Assembly: GCA_963735595.1 (NCBI GenBank) | Contig: CAVTLK010000002.1 | Span: forward strand, 576,001-640,000 | Source of the DNA: an uncultured delta proteobacterium | Lineage (GTDB): Bacteria; Desulfobacterota; Zymogenia; Zymogenales; Zymogenaceae | Reading direction: 5' to 3' | DNA length: 64,000 bases | Shown: positions 21,660 to 31,219 of the stretch, piece after piece | Position numbering within the stretch: position 1 is the first letter of the stretch | Layout of the letters: each line of letters begins with the position of its first letter | Made by a program: the position numbers and the translations under genes | The notes under the pieces: generated by a model | Databases searched by the model: none | Told to the model about the DNA's origin: nothing | The model's input: the letters and a program-made list of their open reading frames with translations, nothing else

Positions 21660-22400
21660 ATGAACGAACTCTGGAGCAGGGCCTTCGGCTCTATGACCCG
21701 GCAGGCCGATATACGATCGGTCGTCGTCAAGTCGACGGTCCTCACGATCCTTGCCGTCGGCTCGGCCGCCGGCTATTTTCATTACCTTGTATTTGTCGTA
21801 TCAGGGGGCGCCGCCCCGGGCGGCCGGGACCCCTGGGGTTTCATGACGGTCGAGCTTGTCCTGCTGGCGCTTGTGTTGTTTCTCTCGGCGCTCATCGGGT
21901 TTTCCTTCTCGGGGCGGCTGGACCTCCCCGGTTTTGGGAAGGTGCGCGGGTTTCTTACCGCGCTGCCGGTATTGATCGTCGGCGGGATTGTCTTGGTGAC
22001 ACTATCGTATGTCGTATTCGACCGCTACTACTTCACAATCGCTCCCGTCTCGTTTCCACGCGAGACGGTATACCTGATAGCCATACCGTTCAAGGCCGCG
22101 CTGGCTGACGAGACGATCCTGCGCCTGGGCCTGGTTACTATCGGCGTAGGGATGACGAAAAGCAAGGGGGCGGGGGTCGTCCTGATGTCGGCCGTATCGA
22201 CCCTGTTTAGCGTCAAGTACCTCGAATTCATCGGGATGCCGTTTGCACTCGACCATTTCTACGTCGTCTACCTGCTGTTATCGTTTCTCGGCAACATCAT
22301 GTTCGGCTGGCTGTTCGTGACCAGGGGGCTCCTCTATTCGATGGCGCTTAAATTCGTGATCGGGTGCAAGTACCTGCTCATCCTATGGCTGGGCGCATGA
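21660..22400 (+). CDS. Multi-pass membrane protein, CPBP/Abi (CAAX protease)-like, degenerate
   Basis: About 7 hydrophobic segments; AALADETILRLG resembles the EExxxR motif. Confidence 0.5.
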   Translation: MNELWSRAFGSMTRQADIRSVVVKSTVLTILAVGSAAGYFHYLVFVVSGGAAPGGRDPWGFMTVELVLLALVLFLSALIGFSFSGRLDLPGFGKVRGFLTALPVLIVGGIVLVTLSYVVFDRYYFTIAPVSFPRETVYLIAIPFKAALADETILRLGLVTIGVGMTKSKGAGVVLMSAVSTLFSVKYLEFIGMPFALDHFYVVYLLLSFLGNIMFGWLFVTRGLLYSMALKFVIGCKYLLILWLGA

Positions 22401-22401
22401 G

Positions 22402-23539
22402 ATGAAGAGCCGGCTGCCCCTCATCCTGATGTTCATGATTGCCCTTCCGGCGATTGCGGGGGCCGAGGAGGTGTGGCTTCGGGCCGAGCTGATCAGGGGG
22501 ATCGACCTCATCTTCAACGCCCGGATATCGGAGGGCGAACAGGTCTTCGCGGCGATCGAAAAAAAGGCCCCCGCAAATCCGGCGCCCTCTATATACCGGG
22601 CCATGGCCCTCATGTCCTACCCTCCCCGGGAGGGTATGGCCGGGATCGACCGGGCACTGATCGAGCGGCTCCTCAATAAGGGGATAATGCTCGCCGAAGA
22701 CGGGCAGATGGGAAACGGACACGGGAAGGGTGAAGCTGTTGGTTGCCACCGCGTATTCGCTCCTCAGCCAGCTATACCTCGAACAGCACGATTACCTCAA
22801 GGCCTCGCGGGCGGCCGTCACGGGAAAGCGATACCTCGACGAGGCGGCGCTGATATCCCCCGATGATCCGGACGTACGCTACGGGGTTGGGCTGCTCTCC
22901 TACGGGGTCGCGGAAATGCCCGAGCCGGCGCGGCTGATCCTTTCGGCCCTTTCCATATCGGGCGACAGGGAGCGTGGAATCGAGGACCTCAAGGCGGCGG
23001 CCGTGTACGGCATCTATACGAAGGCGAGCGCCGAGGTGGCGCTCCTGATGATTACGGCAAATATCGAGGACCGCTACGCCGACGCGGTTGTCTACGGGCG
23101 GCGGCTCATCGCCCGGTATCCGGATAACCCGGAGCTCTATTTCCCCTACGCCAACGCGCTGTCGGAGACGGGCGACTTCGGTGCCGCGCGGGCCGTCGCC
23201 GCGATACTCAAACGGAAGATGGACGAGGGACTTCCCTATTTCGACGGGGCCATCGTCGCCCGGTATCATCACCTGAGGGGGAAGCTCCTGATGGACGAGG
23301 GACAGTATGACGAGGCGGCGGTGGAACTGAAACAGGCGCTCGTGGTCGACGACGAAAACTACGCGTGGGTCAGACCCCTGGCGCTGGCCCGCCTGGGGAT
23401 GATTGAGGACGTTTCGGGAAGGAGGGATAACGCGGTCGGCTATTATCGGGGGGCGATAGATACGGGAATCGAGGGTGCGGGAGTCATCCTTGCCGAGAAA
23501 TACCTGGAGCAGCCCTATCGACCGAATGGTGGAAAATAG
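22402..23539 (+). CDS. Exported TPR-repeat protein (frameshift near 22702)
   Basis: Signal peptide; ORFs 22402-22866 and 22730-23539 join if one G is removed; TPR-like helices. Confidence 0.7.
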
Positions 23540-23548
23540 CGATTACTG

Positions 23549-23678
23549 TGGTATAATCCGTATCGAGGTCTTTTCGGCCCACACGGTTTACGGGCGGTCG
23601 GGGACCTCAGTAGTCACGTCGGCCTTTCCGCCGTCTTGACGGCGGCGCGGGGATAGGCGGTGGATACCCACCCGATGT
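23549..23678 (+). promoter_or_regulatory. Extended -10 promoter followed by a structured 5' leader (candidate cis-regulatory RNA)
   Basis: TGgTATAAT at 23549-23557, then several pairable stems before the SD GAGGAG of the 23705 gene. Confidence 0.45.
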
Positions 23679-23704
23679 CTTATAGTACTAAATGAGGAGT
23701 TGTT

Positions 23705-25300
23705 ATGCAGCGGCTCAGCTACGATCAGAAGAACCCGGTGTATGATATCTTCGGAACGGCCTTCTCGCTGGAGATATTCACCCACGAGAACGTCTACGGC
23801 ATCGATCCCGGGCGCACGGAGCTCACAATCGAGGGGGACCGCGCGATACTCACGGCCCGGGGCCTGACCTGGGCGGGCGGCGCTGAATCGTGCGAGGGCG
23901 GGGCGATGTTTCTGGTGGAAAAGACCGCCTCGGGGCTCACCTTTAAGCTGGAGGCCGCCCATCGCGAAAAGCTGCGCGCCGCAAAGGTTATCGTACACCG
24001 GCAGCGGGGAGTAAGCGTCACCAGCGATCATTCCGAGGACTTCCCGATCATGCCGGGCGGCATGACGTTCGACTACCCTCACTGGAATATTTTCATGCTC
24101 AAGATGCCTATCGTCTTCCTCAAGGGAGACGACGGGTACCTCTCCTTTTCATCCCTCGACGACGAGGTATCTCCCAAAAGGTTTTCCTTCATCCCCGGGG
24201 GAGACGGGGTGGACGTGGAGCTGATCTACGAGGCCCCGGCGACACGGTTTGCCTCCGCGATCGTCACCGCGCCGTGGGAGATGTCGCGGGTAACCGACCC
24301 GCAAAAGGCCGCGGAGGAGTTTTTGGGACGGATCGCCAAGACGTACGGCTTTGGGCCGTTTGACACGCGGCCGGATGTCCCGGACTGGACGAGGAAGATC
24401 AGCCTGGTGCTTTCGATACACGGAATGCACTTTTCCGGGTACGTCTTCAATACGTATAAGGAGATGCTCTCGGTCATCAAATGGTTTGCCGACCGGATGC
24501 CGGCCGATCAGCTGCTGGCCTATCTGCCCGGCTGGGAGGGGAGGTACTACTGGCAGTACGGCGACTACCGGCCGGAGCCGCGCCTCGGCGGGCCGGACGG
24601 GTTTGCCCGGCTCATCGAGGGGGCCCATTCCCTCGGGGCGCGGGTGATGCCGATGTTCGGGGCCAACTGCACGAACCGGGAACATCCTGACTTCCCCGAG
24701 TATGGGCCGATATCGCTGCTGCACGACGCCAGCGGCGCGGTCTTCTTGGGCAACAAGCCCGACTGGAGCGGTGACCGTTCCTACGACCCCGGCTGGCAGA
24801 TCTGGCTCAACCCGGCCGCCCCGGCCTGGCAGGAGCGGCTGATGGAGACCTTCGACGGCCTGATCAAGCAGTTCAAGTTCGACGGCGTCTTCCTTGACAC
24901 GGACAACGCGTGGACGAACGACCCCTACTACCCGCTCTACGGCGGGTATACGGCGATCAAGGCGGAGCTGAAATCGGCGTTTCCCGAGCTCCTGATCGCG
25001 GGCGAGGGGTGGTACGATGCGTTGCTGGCGGTTACGCCGCTCACCCAGATGGGGGGGCCGCCCCACTGGCCGGGCCTGTTCGAAAAATACGCACGGTCGA
25101 CCCCGCACCTGTCGGTCCCGTCCCCCTGCCGCGGCAGCACGGGGGTCCACGAGCTTGGCTACGCGCCCTACGCCAAGCCCTCGCTCAAGCCGGGGGAGAT
25201 CCCGATGGTGACCATTGTGGACGGAACGCTGGCGGCCGCGCCCGACGCCCTCATGGAATACGTAAAACTCGCCGAGGAGTACGCGAAGAAAAACCGGTAG
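23705..25300 (+). CDS. Putative cytoplasmic glycoside hydrolase-like TIM-barrel protein
   Basis: 531 aa, no signal peptide; LGGPDGFARLIEGAHSLGARVMP, WLNPAAPAWQ, FDGVFLD, LIAGEG resemble GH TIM-barrel motifs. Confidence 0.6.
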   Translation: MQRLSYDQKNPVYDIFGTAFSLEIFTHENVYGIDPGRTELTIEGDRAILTARGLTWAGGAESCEGGAMFLVEKTASGLTFKLEAAHREKLRAAKVIVHRQRGVSVTSDHSEDFPIMPGGMTFDYPHWNIFMLKMPIVFLKGDDGYLSFSSLDDEVSPKRFSFIPGGDGVDVELIYEAPATRFASAIVTAPWEMSRVTDPQKAAEEFLGRIAKTYGFGPFDTRPDVPDWTRKISLVLSIHGMHFSGYVFNTYKEMLSVIKWFADRMPADQLLAYLPGWEGRYYWQYGDYRPEPRLGGPDGFARLIEGAHSLGARVMPMFGANCTNREHPDFPEYGPISLLHDASGAVFLGNKPDWSGDRSYDPGWQIWLNPAAPAWQERLMETFDGLIKQFKFDGVFLDTDNAWTNDPYYPLYGGYTAIKAELKSAFPELLIAGEGWYDALLAVTPLTQMGGPPHWPGLFEKYARSTPHLSVPSPCRGSTGVHELGYAPYAKPSLKPGEIPMVTIVDGTLAAAPDALMEYVKLAEEYAKKNR

Positions 25301-25380
25301 GCACGCCCACTGTTATAGGCCGGGATCGGGTCGCGGTGCGGTCGAAACCGTCCTATACCGGTGCGGCGGATGGACGACAT

Positions 25381-25410
25381 AAAAAAGGCCGGCATAACGC
25401 CGGCCTTTTA
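25381..25410. terminator. Bidirectional intrinsic terminator
   Basis: AAAAAA-GGCCGGC-ataac-GCCGGCC-TTTT between convergent genes. Confidence 0.85.
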
Positions 25411-25431
25411 AGGAATTGTCGTGAAGCGCTG

Positions 25432-25971
25432 CTACCAGCGGCCGCCTCCGGGACCGTAACCACCCATCATACCGCCGCCCCTCATGCCGCGGCCTCCGCC
25501 GAACCCACCCCCACCCCGACAGAAGCCGGGGCCGGTAAAGGCATACGGATTGGCCTTGAGCTGCTCATCGGTCAGGAGAGAGCGCGCGCTGTTGCGGAAC
25601 TCCCTCTTCAGGGCGAAACGCTTGTCCACCAGGGCCTTGATCTGATCCTCGACCTTGTCGATGGACTTGATGTCCGGCGTCCCGCTGACGTAGAGCTTCC
25701 TCAGCTCCCGGTTCTTCTTGGTGATCTCGTCGGTGATGACGTCGTCCTTATCGGCGTATTTCTCCTGGAGATCGATCAGCTTCTTTTCCTGATCGGCGGT
25801 CAGGTTCAACGTATCGTCTCCCGCGCCGCCCGGATAGTAGGGGCATCCCCAGGCACCGTCCCTGCCTGCCCCCGGACGGTCACCCCATGGCTGGGCCGCA
25901 ACGGCCCCGGCGAACATGAGCCCCGTAACCAGGATTGCGGCAGCACTTACAGCAAGTATGGTCTTTTTCAT
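25432..25971 (-). CDS. Spy/CpxP/ZraP-family periplasmic protein
   Basis: Signal peptide MKKTIL..AVAA, LTADQ and LTDEQ motifs, Gly/Met-rich tail. Confidence 0.85.
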   Translation of the reverse strand: MKKTILAVSAAAILVTGLMFAGAVAAQPWGDRPGAGRDGAWGCPYYPGGAGDDTLNLTADQEKKLIDLQEKYADKDDVITDEITKKNRELRKLYVSGTPDIKSIDKVEDQIKALVDKRFALKREFRNSARSLLTDEQLKANPYAFTGPGFCRGGGGFGGGRGMRGGGMMGGYGPGGGRW

Positions 25972-26031
25972 AGTATCCTCCTTGTTCTTTTTTACTCTCG
26001 GTATCGACATGTCGATGGTTAGCCAAAATTG

Positions 26032-26562
26032 TTATCTATTCGGTCCGCCTCTACCCCAGCCGTGACCTCCCCTGCCCATGCGGGGGCCCGGGCCCATCCG
26101 GCCGCCGAAGGGCTGGCCCGGGGGCGGCGGCGTCATGCATCGTCCCATGTAGTCGAGGAGCAGCTCTTGCTGCTCGGGCGTCAGCACACCTCTGATGTCT
26201 ATTATTTGTCCTACGATGAGCTTTTCTATCTGTGCCTGAATGACGGATATCTCCGTGATCTTCGCATCGATGGCCGCAAGATCGGGGTCCTGCTCGGCGA
26301 TCAACAGGTGCAGCTCACACCTCTTCTGGTAGAGATCATTCCTGAGCGTATCCATCGACCCAATGCCTTCCCTCACAATGACCTTGATCCGGTCCTTCTG
26401 GTCGGGGGTCACTCCCTCTACCGTGTCAAACCAACTCGGGAGGGGACCACGGTCCCGGAAAAAACGCGCGTGTTTGACCGCCCCGTAGCCCATGAAACCC
26501 AGCAATCCGAGGTTAATGCCGATCGAGATAATCAGAATGATCGCCAACGTCTTTCTACTCAT
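26032..26562 (-). CDS. Spy/CpxP-family membrane-anchored periplasmic sensor
   Basis: TM with SIGINLG, VTPDQ and LTPEQ motifs. Confidence 0.82.
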   Translation of the reverse strand: MSRKTLAIILIISIGINLGLLGFMGYGAVKHARFFRDRGPLPSWFDTVEGVTPDQKDRIKVIVREGIGSMDTLRNDLYQKRCELHLLIAEQDPDLAAIDAKITEISVIQAQIEKLIVGQIIDIRGVLTPEQQELLLDYMGRCMTPPPPGQPFGGRMGPGPRMGRGGHGWGRGGPNR

Positions 26563-27025
26563 CGGCCACCTCCCCGGCATCACCGTAATAAAGCGTGATC
26601 AGTGAATCAGGCGGCGCTTCCGACAGGTACTGGACCGGGAGCGGGTCGGACGCGGCCGTCGTTGAAGTGCCCAGCGACGAAGAAGCGATAATGCCGACCG
26701 CGATCCCGAAGAGCGCCGCCGCCCCGTAGGCGAAGGCGGGCTTGAACGTTCGATGAAATAGGCGGGCCGTACCATGAGGCCTTCGCTGCTTCTCGCGGTT
26801 GAGGGCAACGAGGACGTCGGCGAGTATATCGGGAGTCTCCACCTTATGCAGAACTGAGGCGATCGTTGAGGATAGCTGCCTGCCCGCGGCCAGCTCCGCG
26901 CGGCACCGATCACAGACGTCGAGGTGGGCCATGAGGCGCCGCGTCCTTGCTTGATCAAGCTCGCCGTCGAGATAGACTGATATCAGCCGTCTCATCCTCG
27001 ATTTTGTGTGCGTGATAAAAAACAT
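26555..27025 (-). CDS. Zinc-binding anti-sigma factor (zf-HC2)
   Basis: YLDGEL...HLDVCDRC (HxxxCxxC) plus one TM. Confidence 0.88.
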   Translation of the reverse strand: MFFITHTKSRMRRLISVYLDGELDQARTRRLMAHLDVCDRCRAELAAGRQLSSTIASVLHKVETPDILADVLVALNREKQRRPHGTARLFHRTFKPAFAYGAAALFGIAVGIIASSSLGTSTTAASDPLPVQYLSEAPPDSLITLYYGDAGEVADE

Positions 27026-27120
27026 CGCTCTTACTTCCTTTGTTAGTCTTTATCGGTAAATCCTTTCAGATTCCCCGTGAATAGGCGCGCCGTTTTGCGC
27101 ACGCAGACTCTCTATTCAAT

Positions 27121-27152
27121 ACTATAAACCGTGACCGGCAGAAAAACCTTCG
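27121..27152 (-). promoter_or_regulatory. Putative ECF-dependent promoter upstream of the anti-sigma gene
   Basis: CGAAGG-N15-CGGTTTA on the minus strand, matching two motifs upstream of the sigma gene. Confidence 0.55.
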
Positions 27153-27157
27153 GATTT

Positions 27158-27742
27158 TCAATCCCGCCCCTTATCCGGCGCGGCGCGGAGGCGGACGCGC
27201 ATCTTATCCTTTGCCCGGGAAAGCAGCGATTCCACCGCAGGAACGCTGGCACCGATGATTTCGGCAATCTCGGCGTAGCTGAGGCCCTCGGTGTACTTCA
27301 TGACCATGGCCGATCGCTCACGCGCATTAAGATGCCCGAGGGCGTCACGGATCTTCTGCTTTTCTTCCCGGCCGATCAGGTTCTCTTCCGGGCTGACGCC
27401 CCCCGACGGGGCCGCGTCAACGGCGTCGTTGCCGTCAGCCGTTGATTCCGGCCGCTTTTTTATAAAGACCTCGTTAACCAGAAGGTTATGGGCGATGGTG
27501 AAGAGATACGTGGTGAATTTCGAATCGGGACGATAGCGAAGCCGGGCCGTATAGAGCCTGAGAAAGACCTCCTGGGAGAGCTCCCGGGAGGTATCAATAT
27601 TCTGGGTGAAACGGAGGAAATAGTTGATCAGCGATCCCTGGTGTCTCCTGACCAGAAATTCAAAGCCCCAGGTTTGGCCTTCGGCGGCCGCCTCCATTGC
27701 CTTGAAATCCTTATCGTGTTCTTGCTGGCTGTTGTGTTTCAC
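27158..27742 (-). CDS. ECF RNA polymerase sigma factor
   Basis: ELSQEVFLR, FTTYLFTIAHN (region 2); EGLSYAEIAEIIG, VESLLSRAK (region 4); GTG start. Confidence 0.93.
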   Translation of the reverse strand: MKHNSQQEHDKDFKAMEAAAEGQTWGFEFLVRRHQGSLINYFLRFTQNIDTSRELSQEVFLRLYTARLRYRPDSKFTTYLFTIAHNLLVNEVFIKKRPESTADGNDAVDAAPSGGVSPEENLIGREEKQKIRDALGHLNARERSAMVMKYTEGLSYAEIAEIIGASVPAVESLLSRAKDKMRVRLRAAPDKGRD

Positions 27743-27749
27743 TTTACGG

Positions 27750-27819
27750 ACTATAACACCGATGTAGAATGAATCCTTTGGTAAATCTATCTAAACACGG
27801 ATGTACAGTGAACCCTTCG
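27750..27819 (-). promoter_or_regulatory. Tandem putative ECF autoregulatory promoters
   Basis: CGAAGG-N15-GTGTTTA (27789-27819) and CAAAGG-N15-GTGTTAT (27750-27780), 39 bp apart. Confidence 0.6.
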
Positions 27820-27917
27820 ATAATTATATCCCAAAAAGCACCCCGGAGAAAAAATAGTTTGAAAAACAGACAACCGGTGTTATCATATACAGCATACCAG
27901 TGACGATGGGGGGATAT

Positions 27918-28646
27918 GTGAGCAGGTCGATTCAACGGTCCGTTTTTTTTCTTCTAATGATATCGTGTTGTTTAGTTCCCGTGACGCTTCTTGCCGATGA
28001 TCACGAGAAGGCCCACCTTCTTCTGCTGGATGCTAAGAACCGCGTAGATCGTCTCTCCGATTATACGCTGACACTGACAAGCCAGGAACGGGTAGGAGGA
28101 AAACTGCTGCCCGAGACAACGATGTTTGTTAAGTTCAAACGCCCCTTCTCCGTTTATATCAAGAACCTTACCGGCAAACAAAAAGATCGCGAAATCATCT
28201 ACGTCAGGGGGCAGAACAACAACAAGATGGTCGTTAGCCGCCTGAGTATCCTGGGGGGGCTTTCGGGCAAGGTTGCTCCGGATAATGTCTGGGCGAAAAG
28301 AGAGAGCCGCCATACCATAACTGAGGCGGGTCTGCCCAACACCATAAACCTGATGATATCGATACTCGAAAAGGAAAGAAAGGCTGCGGTCTGCCGGTCC
28401 ACGGTTACGTATCTCGGTGAGGACTACTGCTCTTCGAAGAAGGTAATCCGCGTCAGGATCGAGAACAGCAGCTACGCGCCGAAAACGGAAATAGCCCTCG
28501 ATACCTCGACGCTCTTTCCCGTCTCCATAGCGTCGTATAACACGGACGGCTCAGTGCTGGAGTCCTACAACTATCACGATATCAAGCCGAACATCGGCCT
28601 GACCGACGCCGATTTTGACCCCAAGAACCCCGGGTACCATTTTTAA
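27918..28646 (+). CDS. Exported DUF1571-like protein
   Basis: Signal peptide; QERVGGKL, KFKRPFSVY, REIIYVRGQN, SRHTITEAG, GLTDADFDPKNPGYHF. Start uncertain (27900-27918). Confidence 0.72.
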   Translation: MSRSIQRSVFFLLMISCCLVPVTLLADDHEKAHLLLLDAKNRVDRLSDYTLTLTSQERVGGKLLPETTMFVKFKRPFSVYIKNLTGKQKDREIIYVRGQNNNKMVVSRLSILGGLSGKVAPDNVWAKRESRHTITEAGLPNTINLMISILEKERKAAVCRSTVTYLGEDYCSSKKVIRVRIENSSYAPKTEIALDTSTLFPVSIASYNTDGSVLESYNYHDIKPNIGLTDADFDPKNPGYHF

Positions 28647-28783
28647 CAGGCAGGGAGAGGCCGGCACAATTCGGAAGTCGCGAGTGTTGCAGTTTCTTTG
28701 AGCCCATTCTCGGTGAAACCTTCCCTTTGAATCCTATATATAATAGCTACCCTCCGGTCGTCTCCTATTACCCGGCATGGGAT

Positions 28784-29866
28784 TTAGTACTTCTCGAACA
28801 GTTCACCCCATTTTGTGTGACGGATTACTTCCATGATCCTTTTGCCGTGCAGGGGCCACCAGTAGTAGTCGTGGTATAGAAACGAGGCAAGGATGAAGAC
28901 CCCCACGAGCGGGGTATGAAAGAAGAGCTTCTGGGCCCACCTGAGCGGTCCAAACCACGTGAAGTGTCCCGCGCGGCTGGCAAGGTTATCCCCCACGTAG
29001 AACTTCCAGTTAATGTTGGAGATATCCTCCCCCGCCACCTCGATCTTGTCGGGATCGCCAATGCCCAGTCCGGCATCGTGGGCCATCCTGATGAAGTCAA
29101 TATCCTTCAGCGGATCAAATCCCATTAATTTCGCCGAGATCGCATCAACGGCCACGCTATCGGCCCCTGCCAGGATCAGATCCTTTTCCACGGGAATCAT
29201 CGTCCGGGGGCCGGGCCCGCATCCTGCCAGTGTCCCATCCATGACCGTAAATATGCCGGTATGGATCTCCTTTTGGATCGTGAGCAAATCGACCAGCGTT
29301 TCGTGTATCCATGAATGGGTATAGTGGCGCCTGGTGTTCAGCAGCCCCCCAAAGGCGTTTTTCATTGACCCGGTCATCCGGGTATAGATATGCGTCTTGA
29401 CGGTGGGGAGGTGGACGATATTCTTGTCGAAAAAGTAGTCCGGTATCATGATACCGTCGGGAAATATCCTGTTGAGCACCCGCATGGTACCCTTGGGGGT
29501 GTAGGGGACCCATGACATATCGGCTTTCTTGAAATTGTATTTTACGTCGATACGATGTTTTTCGAGCACGGCATCGTATTTATTGAGCCGCTCTCCCCTG
29601 GCGGCGTTGGTCACAACGGTCTGGTTCTCGACGCATACCAGGTCGGCGCATCCAAGCTTCCTGAGCGCTTGGATAGTCCCGTCGAGCTGCCATGGCGTGG
29701 TGTTGGCCGAAAGAAACGGCATGTGCCACGAGATGTTGTTCTTGAGGATCGTGGTTTTCCTGACGTCAAGGTGATCGGCCGCCCCGGCGTATCTCATCGC
29801 CCGTTCGATATCGGCCAATACCGTCTCGGGAGTTGTCTTGATTACGGCGACAACGGCATTTTTCAT
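28784..29866 (-). CDS. DUF362-domain protein
   Basis: HLPTVKTH, MTGSMKNAFG, TVMDG, DSVAVDA..MGFDP; amphipathic C-terminus. Confidence 0.8.
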   Translation of the reverse strand: MKNAVVAVIKTTPETVLADIERAMRYAGAADHLDVRKTTILKNNISWHMPFLSANTTPWQLDGTIQALRKLGCADLVCVENQTVVTNAARGERLNKYDAVLEKHRIDVKYNFKKADMSWVPYTPKGTMRVLNRIFPDGIMIPDYFFDKNIVHLPTVKTHIYTRMTGSMKNAFGGLLNTRRHYTHSWIHETLVDLLTIQKEIHTGIFTVMDGTLAGCGPGPRTMIPVEKDLILAGADSVAVDAISAKLMGFDPLKDIDFIRMAHDAGLGIGDPDKIEVAGEDISNINWKFYVGDNLASRAGHFTWFGPLRWAQKLFFHTPLVGVFILASFLYHDYYWWPLHGKRIMEVIRHTKWGELFEKY

Positions 29867-29894
29867 GGTCAATTCCTTTCCCTGTGCGGTGCGT

Positions 29895-31196
29895 TCATTC
29901 AATGTCCTCGATAATCACCCGGCCCATTTCGTCGGCGATGCGCACGCTCTCGTTAATAGAGCGGTCTTCCGGGTAGGAGTGAGAAGTATCGCCGATATAG
30001 AGCCCCGGGATATCGCTCCGGTAGCCGGGAAGACGCCCGCCGAAACCTACGGAGCATATCGGTTGAGCGTACCGGTAACGGAATGTTCTCCCCGAAAGAA
30101 TAGAGCTGCTGCTAAAATCGGGATCTATCATTGAAAGGTACCGCGCAGATTCATCGATGAAGGCGTCTTCTCCCATCCTCGACCGCCTATGATTGGAGGG
30201 AACATACGAAGGGATATAGACGATATGAGCGTTGTGCTCCGGAGGCCGCAGGTTCGTGTATTCGATGATGCCGGGGGTCTTGATGCGCTCATCGTTGGTA
30301 TTGATCCAGAAATATTCGGAGAACCGCCTGTCCAGCTTGAGGACCGTGCATACTACCCCGATGTTGCGGATTCGGGCGATACGCCGAAGGTGCTGTGACG
30401 GCGGCCCCGAGACGAGGGCCGGGAGGTATGGCAGCGGTATGGTGGACGCCACAACGTCGTACCTGCGATTGCGTCCCGAAACCCGCACCCCGGTGGCCCC
30501 CTGTTTGGTGGTCTCAATCCCCTCAACCGGATTTGACAGGAATATAGACCCTCCCAGCGAGGTAATGCGCAGGCTCAGCGTGGCGAGTAACGCCTCGGTG
30601 CCGCCCCTCAGATATCCCATCTTCTCCGTGAATATACTCGATCGTGAGTGGGCGACCCGCCTGATTCGGGAGGCGATCCACGCCGCGGAGACGGACGGGG
30701 CATGATCGAACAGCTTCTTATCCATCAGGAATTTCCAGGTTACATCAAAGCACCTTTCGCCAACCCATTTCTTTATCCATTCGTAAGCGGAGACGTCGTC
30801 CAGGGACGAGAGGTCTCCCCGAGATGCGGCGTAGGCCGTAAAAAGCCCGTACCGGAGCTTCTCTGTTAGTGTAAGCCGGGGCAAGGCGAGCAGCGCAACG
30901 GGGTCGCCCCATGGGTAGAGGGTGCCGTCATAAAAGAAACCCATCCTGGTTTCGGTCCATGTGAGCCGGTCTCCGATACCCAGCTCGTCGAGGAGCCGGA
31001 ACGTGTGGGAATCCGGGCCGCAGACGAAGTGGTAATACCTCTCCAGACGAACTCCGTCAAAATCAAAGGATGCCGACATCCCTCCCAGGCGGTCGTCCGC
31101 TTCAAACAGGTCGACCGCATGGCCGTGCTGCAACAGCCGATATGCCAGGGCCAGCCCCATGGGGCCGCCGCCGATAACGCACATCTTCTTTCCCAT
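29895..31196 (-). CDS. NAD(P)/FAD-dependent oxidoreductase (protoporphyrinogen oxidase-like fold)
   Basis: VIGGGPMG, FEADDRLGG, ERYYHF, YAQP, SYPEDRSINES. Confidence 0.85.
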   Translation of the reverse strand: MGKKMCVIGGGPMGLALAYRLLQHGHAVDLFEADDRLGGMSASFDFDGVRLERYYHFVCGPDSHTFRLLDELGIGDRLTWTETRMGFFYDGTLYPWGDPVALLALPRLTLTEKLRYGLFTAYAASRGDLSSLDDVSAYEWIKKWVGERCFDVTWKFLMDKKLFDHAPSVSAAWIASRIRRVAHSRSSIFTEKMGYLRGGTEALLATLSLRITSLGGSIFLSNPVEGIETTKQGATGVRVSGRNRRYDVVASTIPLPYLPALVSGPPSQHLRRIARIRNIGVVCTVLKLDRRFSEYFWINTNDERIKTPGIIEYTNLRPPEHNAHIVYIPSYVPSNHRRSRMGEDAFIDESARYLSMIDPDFSSSSILSGRTFRYRYAQPICSVGFGGRLPGYRSDIPGLYIGDTSHSYPEDRSINESVRIADEMGRVIIEDIE

Positions 31197-31219
31197 GGTG
31201 CTCACGTTGAGATGACTCG

